This document shows positions 57,532-64,000 of a DNA stretch of 64,000 nt, piece after piece. The notes below the pieces were generated by a model. The model was not told where the DNA came from. It did no database searches and saw only the letters and a list, made by a program, of their open reading frames with translations. The stretch lies in IMG/VR virus record IMGVR_UViG_3300032268_000832, positions 1 through 64,000 of that record. One strand, written 5' to 3'. Each line of letters starts with the position of its first letter. The stretch's first letter is position 1. A program made the position numbers and the translations under genes.

Positions 57532-57561
57532 AAAAAGGCTACCATTACGGTGGCCTTTTTT
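57532..57561. terminator. terminator after major capsid gene
   Basis: AAAAAGGCTACC/GGTGGCCTTTT. Confidence 0.8.
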
Positions 57562-57564
57562 ATT

Positions 57565-57672
57565 TTATGATAATTTATTAATTTCAGCTCGTATAGCAGT
57601 GCCTAATAATGTATCATTTGGTGTTGATTTAACCAGTTCAATAATTTTTTCTAAAAGTTCTTTATTTTCCAT
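57565..57672 (-). CDS. small protein (35 aa, MENKELLEKIIELVKSTPNDTLLGTAIRAEINKLS)
   Basis: Hand-translated; own TTTG-N20-TAtcTTTG promoter on the - strand. Confidence 0.6.
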   Translation of the reverse strand: MENKELLEKIIELVKSTPNDTLLGTAIRAEINKLS

Positions 57673-57727
57673 ATTTTTTTTTTACAAAGATACTAATTTT
57701 TTTATTAATTTGCAAATATTTATAAGT

Positions 57728-58489
57728 ATGAAAAAATTAATAAAAAAGTTAATTAGAGAAAGTTTAGAAGACATCGCTGGTTTTACAAACATAACACCAG
57801 AGGAACGCAAAGAAATCGATAGAAGATATAAAGAGTTTGTTTTATCTGATACTGAAAGCGCTGTTAAAGCTAAAAAACAACTTGACCATTACAATAAGGT
57901 AATAAGCGACCCAAAATTTGCCAACCAAGAATGGATTCCAAAAGCTTTTAAAGACCAAATTAGTGCATTACAAAATACAATTAATGCTGCTAAAAATAGA
58001 GATAGAAAAGCTGTGTATCATGAAATAGCTAGAAATTATTTATCATGGAAAAGATATGAAGATGATATAGTTAAAGCTAGAGAGTCTAGAACCTTTGGTA
58101 AAGAAGACATTATAAACCTATTTGTAGACGCTTTAGAAGGAGGTTCTAACTATTGGTATGAGATACGTCATTTACCTAACGAAGTTCGCTATAAAGCCAA
58201 GGAAATGGGTCAATCAGTATCTGAAGCTATAGGTGAGTATATTCTTAAAGGTGGTTATGTTCAATTTTATGATGCTGAAGAAGAATATGACGAAGATGAT
58301 TATACTGAAACACATTCAGATAATGGATTGTTGGGTACAGTAGATATGGATTCAATTCTAGAAGCAATAACAATAATAAAAAGAGATTACCCAGATGTTT
58401 GGGAAAATATACTTGATGAGCAATACGATGCAAACGATGCTGATATATTTTTACAATTATGCGTTATGGGTGATGTAGTATTTGGTTAA
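57728..58489 (+). CDS. putative internal head protein (MKKLIKKLIRE; start corrected)
   Basis: Late promoter at 57716; C-terminal ALEGGSNYW...DADIFLQLCVMGDVVFG domain. Confidence 0.8.
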   Translation: MKKLIKKLIRESLEDIAGFTNITPEERKEIDRRYKEFVLSDTESAVKAKKQLDHYNKVISDPKFANQEWIPKAFKDQISALQNTINAAKNRDRKAVYHEIARNYLSWKRYEDDIVKARESRTFGKEDIINLFVDALEGGSNYWYEIRHLPNEVRYKAKEMGQSVSEAIGEYILKGGYVQFYDAEEEYDEDDYTETHSDNGLLGTVDMDSILEAITIIKRDYPDVWENILDEQYDANDADIFLQLCVMGDVVFG

Positions 58490-58490
58490 T

Positions 58491-59135
58491 ATGAAAAAAA
58501 TATTTTTAATAATAACATTGTTCATGACAATGAACGTGTTTTCACAAACAGTTACAACAGATAATAAACTAATAATACCTCACGGGGACATTACGTTGTA
58601 TTTAACGAAAGATACATGTGCTTTGTTATCTAAACATGTTTTAAAGTATTCGAGCTTTCTAAAGCTTGATAAAGAGCGTGATAATCGTTGGTTTCAAGAT
58701 ACGTATAAGGGTAGATATTATAAAGACGCATATTTGAAAACTGGATATGATATTGGTCATCTAACACCGTCGCACATTACATCTTATGATAACGAATTAA
58801 ACCATATGTCTTTTAGCTTGTTCAATGCAGCGCCACAGTTGGCTGGATTTAACAGAGGTAAATGGGCCCAGATGGAAGGAGATGTTGAACGCATAATATC
58901 TGATAACAAACAAGATGTTGTTATTATTACTGGTGTTATATACGACCCAAACAACATAAGGTTTATGGGTAAATCTAGAATTCCTATACCATCAGCATTT
59001 TTTAAGGTTTTATTCATGAACGGTAAAACACAATGTTGGGTTGGTTCAAATATTAATGGTTTGATAGTGACTATTACTTTAAAGGATTTAAACGAATTAT
59101 TCAAAAAGAACAAAATGAATTTAACAATACAATAA
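58491..59135 (+). CDS. secreted DNA/RNA non-specific endonuclease (NucA/Serratia type)
   Basis: Signal MKKIFLIITLFMTMNVFS; YDIGHL, PQ..GFNRGKW..ME, IP..FFKV. Confidence 0.85.
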   Translation: MKKIFLIITLFMTMNVFSQTVTTDNKLIIPHGDITLYLTKDTCALLSKHVLKYSSFLKLDKERDNRWFQDTYKGRYYKDAYLKTGYDIGHLTPSHITSYDNELNHMSFSLFNAAPQLAGFNRGKWAQMEGDVERIISDNKQDVVIITGVIYDPNNIRFMGKSRIPIPSAFFKVLFMNGKTQCWVGSNINGLIVTITLKDLNELFKKNKMNLTIQ

Positions 59136-59657
59136 ATGAAAAATTTGATTAAACAATTACTTCGAGAAAATCTTTTAAGCGAGGTTAGTGATGATATTTA
59201 TGAAATAATTAGAACCCAATACCCTAATGCTAGAATTATGATGGAAGCTAGAGGTTCTGTTGATGGTGATAAGATAATATATAAACCTAAACAACAACCT
59301 GATAAACCTATGGCTAAACCTTTTGGATTATGGTATTCTATAGGTACTGAATGGATTGATTGGGTAAGAATGGAAATGCCACAATGGGAACGTGACCACG
59401 CATTTCTTTTGGATATTGATGATAGTAGATTATTAAAAATTAATACTTATGAAGATTTAAAATTATTTAATGAAGAATATGTTATTGATAATTATTATGT
59501 TGATTGGAAAAGAGTTAGTGAAAAATATGGTGGTATAGAAATAGTACCATATATTTATGAAGCTAGATATGAAATGCTTTGGTATTATACGTGGGATGTA
59601 GCTTCTGGTTGTATATGGGCACCTAATATGCTTAAAAAATCAAAATTAATACAATAA
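59136..59657 (+). CDS. putative internal head protein (MKNLIKQLLRE), possibly ADP-ribosyltransferase-like
   Basis: Shared motif; KPFGLWYS...DW..V...Y.GI...WDVASGCIW. Confidence 0.6.
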   Translation: MKNLIKQLLRENLLSEVSDDIYEIIRTQYPNARIMMEARGSVDGDKIIYKPKQQPDKPMAKPFGLWYSIGTEWIDWVRMEMPQWERDHAFLLDIDDSRLLKINTYEDLKLFNEEYVIDNYYVDWKRVSEKYGGIEIVPYIYEARYEMLWYYTWDVASGCIWAPNMLKKSKLIQ

Positions 59658-59680
59658 AAAAGGGCCATATGGCCCTTTTT
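59657..59680. terminator. bidirectional terminator
   Basis: AAAAAGGGCCATATGGCCCTTTTT. Confidence 0.85.
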
Positions 59681-59681
59681 A

Positions 59682-60725
59682 TATATACGTTAACTCGATT
59701 AATTATTTATTATGCTTTTGTACCGCAACTAGCACAGAACTTGTGTCCTTTACCTAATTTGGCACCACAGTTTGTGCAATATCTTTTTACATTGATATCT
59801 TCAACTGTGTTAACTTTTTGAGATACTGGAAGCAACTTAGCTTCAATAGTATAAAAAGCAAAATATTCAAAATCTTTATTTACTGTTTTGAATTTTTGGT
59901 CAGAATCAGAACCTTCTTCAACTCTACCAGTTTCAATTGATTTAGATTTCTTAGCAACCCCTTTAGTTAGATTTAAAGGTGTTTCAACACTTTTTTCAGT
60001 TTGCATCCAATCCATCGTTGCTGAACCGTCATGTACGCTTGAACTATAAAACGCGCTAGTTGATAAATTACTACTACCTCCAATGATTGTGTTAGTGGTT
60101 GTGAAGGTGTTAGTTATTGGTGTAGTTGAACCATAAACGTAACCACCAGTGTTAGTGTTATCGTAACGGATAATACCTTGGTCGTAGTTTTGTCCACCCC
60201 AGATATCTCTAGTACCACCAATTCTTAATATTGGGTTTCTTGGTCTAGGTTTTGACTCTCTGTAAAATTGAACCTTGAAATCACCATTATTTACTATTGC
60301 TTCTTTCACTTCTTGAGTGTTAGCTACTTCGTATGTGTCGAATAAGAATTTTTTGGCAACGTCTAAGTATCTATCTAAGAATACACGTTGACCTGGGCTC
60401 AATACAAGACCACCCTGTGAGATAACATTTCCGTTAAGTGTAATTTTAGCAAGTACAGATTCCGTAGTTGGATTGAAAAGTTCAATCTGGAACTCTTGCC
60501 CTTTTTGTAAATAATAAGTTGGCAAATCACCTTCTTTTTTGTAAAGTTTAACTCTACTTTTGTTCACAGCAATGTTTGCTGTTGGCATTTTTGGTGCCAC
60601 ATAGTTTAATTGTTTCATTTTTAATTAACTTTTAATTTTTGTTATTATTGTACCAATTTCTTTATTGCCTAGACAACTCTAAAGCCTATTAAGACTCGAA
60701 ACCAATACGTGAGTTAACGTATATA
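59682..60725. repeat. 15 bp perfect inverted repeat flanking one gene
   Basis: TATATACGTTAACTC (59682-59696) / GAGTTAACGTATATA (60711-60725). Confidence 0.85.
59710..60618 (-). CDS. conserved protein with C-terminal zinc ribbon
   Basis: YCTNCGAKL.KGHKFCASCG; beta-rich N-terminal domain. Confidence 0.85.
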   Translation of the reverse strand: MKQLNYVAPKMPTANIAVNKSRVKLYKKEGDLPTYYLQKGQEFQIELFNPTTESVLAKITLNGNVISQGGLVLSPGQRVFLDRYLDVAKKFLFDTYEVANTQEVKEAIVNNGDFKVQFYRESKPRPRNPILRIGGTRDIWGGQNYDQGIIRYDNTNTGGYVYGSTTPITNTFTTTNTIIGGSSNLSTSAFYSSSVHDGSATMDWMQTEKSVETPLNLTKGVAKKSKSIETGRVEEGSDSDQKFKTVNKDFEYFAFYTIEAKLLPVSQKVNTVEDINVKRYCTNCGAKLGKGHKFCASCGTKA

Positions 60726-60764
60726 ATATAAATATAATAATTTTTTTTTTATTTGTCAATACTT

Positions 60765-61103
60765 TTATTGAAAATCTGAACCCATTTCACATAATGTTGA
60801 TTGGATTTGGTGCCAATAAGTATCAGCTTCATCTGGCATTGAATCCCCAGACATACCATATTGTTTTATTTCACCATCAATTTCAATTTGTTCGTTTTTT
60901 AAATTTTTCAAAGGCGCGTAAATTCTTTTCATTACTTTTGTCTTTGTCGCTTCATCCATATCTTTTGTGGCAGCTTTTACATATCTAATTGCTTCGGTGT
61001 ATGAACCTATAGTCATTTTATTACATAGTGATTCCATCGCTGAATTCATTTCTTGACCATCAATAAGTTCCTCTCTTAGTAATTTTTTTATAAATTTTTT
61101 CAT
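60765..61103 (-). CDS. putative internal head protein (MKKFIKKLLRE)
   Basis: Shared motif; coupled to the upstream structural gene. Confidence 0.8.
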   Translation of the reverse strand: MKKFIKKLLREELIDGQEMNSAMESLCNKMTIGSYTEAIRYVKAATKDMDEATKTKVMKRIYAPLKNLKNEQIEIDGEIKQYGMSGDSMPDEADTYWHQIQSTLCEMGSDFQ

Positions 61104-62509
61104 TATTGTCCTTTTCTTAATTCTACTTGATTAACAATATTAAATTGACAAACATTTTTAAGTGTTGTTACTTCTAAATTTGATGTTGCTAATACATCTA
61201 AGTAATATGTGTTAGGGATAAGACTAGGTGTGTCCAATAAGAAATAATAATAATTATTGGCCATTTCTACAGGTTGAAAATCAATCACTGTTAATTCAGC
61301 ACCACCTTCTTTTACATATAATCTATATTGTAAGTTATCGATATATTGTGTTTGTTCTACTGTATATGGTATTCTAGCAGAAACAATAACCCTTCTAACG
61401 TCACCTCTTAATATGTTCTCTTGGTTTCTAACACCGCTTATATTTACAGCAACTTTTTTAGGTAACATATCGTTGGTTCCTATATTATAATATTCAAAAG
61501 AGGATTTAACTACAAAATCTAATGATAATTCTGGTCTAGAAACTCCGTTAATTACAACATTTTTCCAAACATCATTAAACATTGTTTCTACATTTCCACT
61601 ATTAGTAGGTACAATTATATCAATACTATACACACCCTTCGTAACATGGTTAACATCTGAAGAAGTATAAGCGCTAAATAAATTACCATTACTATCGTAT
61701 ACATCTACATTAGGTATTTGGTCTAAATTTGTTGGGTTTCCGCCAATATTTACGTAAAGATATAGTTTGTTATTCTTATCTAAGAAAAAGTTGTTTCTAT
61801 CGTCTTTAATGTGGTTCTCATAAGTTGTTTCAATATATGGTTCGTAGAATGTTTGCGTGTTGTTAGTAAAGAAACCAACATATTGAAGTGCCGTTGTGTT
61901 TAAAAGTTCGTAACCTCTAGCAAACGCAATCCCTAAACCATAGTTCGTATTACCAGTTAACACACCATTAACATAATCAGTAATGTCCATTTCAATATTT
62001 TCATTACCCTTGTCAAAATGTTGTGTTGTTACTGTGATACTAGAAGGTGAACCAGAATAAACACCAGTACCGCCACTCCAATTAAAACCTGTTTTTGGGT
62101 TAACCCAGTTTGATGGTCCTGTTGAGTACAGATAATCACCGCTAGTTAATATTGGAACTTCGTAATCATAACCAACACCGTTATCCCAATCTTGGTTTAT
62201 TTTAAAGAGTATTAAGTCAAACGAAGTAGCTCTATCTTTGGCAGCCATAGTACCGTTTAATAACCCAGTATCAAAAGATGCAGTGTTTGTAAGTCTAAGT
62301 GTATGTTTTAATTTCGATAAATCAGTATAAGTACCACCAGTGTACAACTGTTTTAAATTAGTTTCATCAAAATGAAATAAAAATCTGCTATATTTTTCAA
62401 TACCATCATAACCACCATAAAACAATTCAGTAACAGGATTTAAACCTGTGTTTGCTATTGTATTACTGATTATAGTATTATTTTTGTCGAAATATGTACG
62501 TATTACCAT
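61103..62509 (-). CDS. virion structural protein (baseplate region, beta-rich)
   Basis: Late promoter at 62524; adjacent to a gp5-like gene. Confidence 0.6.
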   Translation of the reverse strand: MVIRTYFDKNNTIISNTIANTGLNPVTELFYGGYDGIEKYSRFLFHFDETNLKQLYTGGTYTDLSKLKHTLRLTNTASFDTGLLNGTMAAKDRATSFDLILFKINQDWDNGVGYDYEVPILTSGDYLYSTGPSNWVNPKTGFNWSGGTGVYSGSPSSITVTTQHFDKGNENIEMDITDYVNGVLTGNTNYGLGIAFARGYELLNTTALQYVGFFTNNTQTFYEPYIETTYENHIKDDRNNFFLDKNNKLYLYVNIGGNPTNLDQIPNVDVYDSNGNLFSAYTSSDVNHVTKGVYSIDIIVPTNSGNVETMFNDVWKNVVINGVSRPELSLDFVVKSSFEYYNIGTNDMLPKKVAVNISGVRNQENILRGDVRRVIVSARIPYTVEQTQYIDNLQYRLYVKEGGAELTVIDFQPVEMANNYYYFLLDTPSLIPNTYYLDVLATSNLEVTTLKNVCQFNIVNQVELRKGQ

Positions 62510-62548
62510 GTTTTGTTTTTATTATAAATATCACAAAACTTAATAAAA

Positions 62549-63550
62549 TTAATTGATTCTAATGTTTTTAGATAACATAGTTTCTTCAAGTTTGGCAGCG
62601 TTCTTTTGAAATTCAAAAACAGCTTGTTTATTACCATCTATTGTTAAATCAGTTGGTGGTTTACCGTTACCGTTATGTACGTGTGATAAGAAAGCTTCTT
62701 TAAGTAAAATAAGGTATTGTAATAACACGTCGCCAAATGGTAATTGATGAGCGGTGGTTAATATTTTTTCCAATTCATCTGTTGATATTAAATCAACGTT
62801 ATTTGTAGTGTTAAAATTAGGTGAACCACCATGAGTTATAAAATTTATTTTATTTGATACGATATTGGTTACGCTACCTACTCTATCAGAAACTTCAGTT
62901 TCAGTTAATTTTGGTAAATTAACTTTGTTTTTGATTTGAATATAAGCTTGAGTTTCCGTATTAAATTTAATAGGGTAAGGGTTTGTTTGTGTGATTTGAG
63001 ACTCCACAAATTTACCAGCTCTAATAACTATTTCATTATCTTTTTGTGTGATGTCTGTATTGTATCTACCTTGAATTGAAATATCGTTTGGGTTCGGGAA
63101 AACACCTTTTAATTCAGGAATATTAGCTGGTGTAACGTTTGGTGCCACTGGACCAAAGGTAAACCCAGCCAACGCAGTTGTTCTGGCAGAATCAAAACTA
63201 AGTTTATTTAACTGAGAAATAATTGGCCCGATATATAAACGGTCAGCGCTTTCTTTTTGTTTGTTTAGTAAAAAGATTAACACCATTTCACCCACTTTAG
63301 GTTTTATTGATAAGTGTTTTGGTAATAAAGGTAAACACCATGGTAAAGCGTCATATCCACTAACACCTTCACCTAATAACTCGTCATCACCACCAGTTGT
63401 GACTGAACCTTTTACCCAAACTTTAACTCTATCTAAACCCAAAGGGTCATCAACGGCCATAACCTCACCAAATTTTAAATATTGAAAATTTAATGGGTCG
63501 TTGTCGTTGTTTTTTACACCTCTAGTTAATCTATTACTACCTTCTAACAT
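62549..63550 (-). CDS. baseplate hub/spike protein (gp5/VgrG-like OB-fold N-terminus)
   Basis: FGEVMAVDDPLGLDRVKV...WCLP...PKVGEMVLI; C-terminal FLSHVH. Confidence 0.7.
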   Translation of the reverse strand: MLEGSNRLTRGVKNNDNDPLNFQYLKFGEVMAVDDPLGLDRVKVWVKGSVTTGGDDELLGEGVSGYDALPWCLPLLPKHLSIKPKVGEMVLIFLLNKQKESADRLYIGPIISQLNKLSFDSARTTALAGFTFGPVAPNVTPANIPELKGVFPNPNDISIQGRYNTDITQKDNEIVIRAGKFVESQITQTNPYPIKFNTETQAYIQIKNKVNLPKLTETEVSDRVGSVTNIVSNKINFITHGGSPNFNTTNNVDLISTDELEKILTTAHQLPFGDVLLQYLILLKEAFLSHVHNGNGKPPTDLTIDGNKQAVFEFQKNAAKLEETMLSKNIRIN

Positions 63551-63732
63551 TAAGCTTCGTTTTTAAGTCTTTTTAAAATAATTTTATTAGCACTTTCAAA
63601 TCGTTTTTCAATTTCGATTAATTTATCGTAATCTTGAACCATTTTTAATTTTAAAGCTTCATAATCAGCTTCCATTTGTTTTATTTCAAACAAGATTTCA
63701 TTGTTTGATTTTTCTTCTAAATCTTCATTCAT
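63550..63732 (-). CDS. small coiled-coil protein (60 aa)
   Basis: ORF track; coupled. Confidence 0.7.
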   Translation of the reverse strand: MNEDLEEKSNNEILFEIKQMEADYEALKLKMVQDYDKLIEIEKRFESANKIILKRLKNEA

Positions 63733-63736
63733 AATA

Positions 63737-64000
63737 TTATCTAATTATTCCATTACCAATACCCATAGTTGTTGTAACACCTTGTATTAATACTGGCGCA
63801 CCTAAGTTTCCAATACCCACACCCATTATACCAACTCCAGGTGGGATGACAACATTAACAACACTTTCGGTTAATATGGCATTTATTATTTCCTCACATT
63901 GAATCGCTAACATAGCTTCAGAAGTGTTTGGACCGTCAGCAAAAACATCACCAACAACTAAACCAGCTTCTGATTGTCTAGAGATAATTCTAGAAGCAAT
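63737..64000 (-). CDS. partial structural protein (5' end beyond the window)
   Basis: Open frame IASRIISRQSEAG...VLIQGVTTTMGIGNGIIR*. Confidence 0.7.
   Translation of the reverse strand: MASRIISRQSEAGLVVGDVFADGPNTSEAMLAIQCEEIINAILTESVVNVVIPPGVGIMGVGIGNLGAPVLIQGVTTTMGIGNGIIR

Larger units (their letters stand above)
14687..62531. promoter_or_regulatory. late-promoter motif ATATTTAT, >20 intergenic copies (feature spans the set)
   Basis: + strand copies start at 5981, 14687, 17806, 23245, 27098, 27883, 30540, 30862, 38574, 39135, 41070, 47654, 51598, 53536, 54341, 57716; - strand copies (ATAAATAT) at 17797, 22856, 26050, 33025, 60728, 62524. Confidence 0.8.

Noticed and set aside
14672-63485. 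Many antisense or out-of-frame track ORFs (e.g. 14959, 17388, 29276, 33286-35529, 40231, 41711, 51078, 54521)
   Set aside because: Shadow ORFs over well-supported genes, lacking promoters, leaders or motifs
1-64000. Stop-codon reassignment
   Set aside because: Core genes are intact in code 11, and TAG/TGA end genes at expected places

Overview
This is a 64 kb, very AT-rich segment of a large T4-like (gp17/gp20/gp21/gp23-type) jumbo myophage. The host is probably a Bacteroidota/Flavobacteriia member: its early promoters match TTTG-N19..21-TAnnTTTG and genes lack Shine-Dalgarno sites. The standard code 11 fits. There are four zones. (1) 1-12 kb: about 34 small + strand early genes, most behind their own copy of a conserved promoter-leader repeat, including integron-cassette-like (attC-like) units at 4.3 and 6.4-6.9 kb. 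(2) 12.1-13.7 kb: an origin/terminus-like zone with iteron-like repeats, an AT-rich tract, a ~215 bp (TG)-alternating tract and C-tracts. (3) 13.7-39 kb: mixed accessory and metabolic genes (PcfJ-like paralogues, ArdC-metallopeptidase, nucleotidyltransferase, GT2 plus LpxH-like, HNH, thioredoxin, LRR fusion, YkuK, ABC-ATPase/GNAT, ClpC, KTSC, ThyA). (4) 39-64 kb: late genes (head-core proteins, terminase, portal, prohead protease, scaffold, major capsid, baseplate). Cross-cutting signals are a late promoter ATATTTAT, a family of proteins carrying an MKxxIKKLLRE putative capsid-targeting/cleavage peptide, two candidate -1 frameshifts, and a gene whose 5' leader and 3' trailer are complementary. 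All function calls come from motif recognition by eye; no database search was run.
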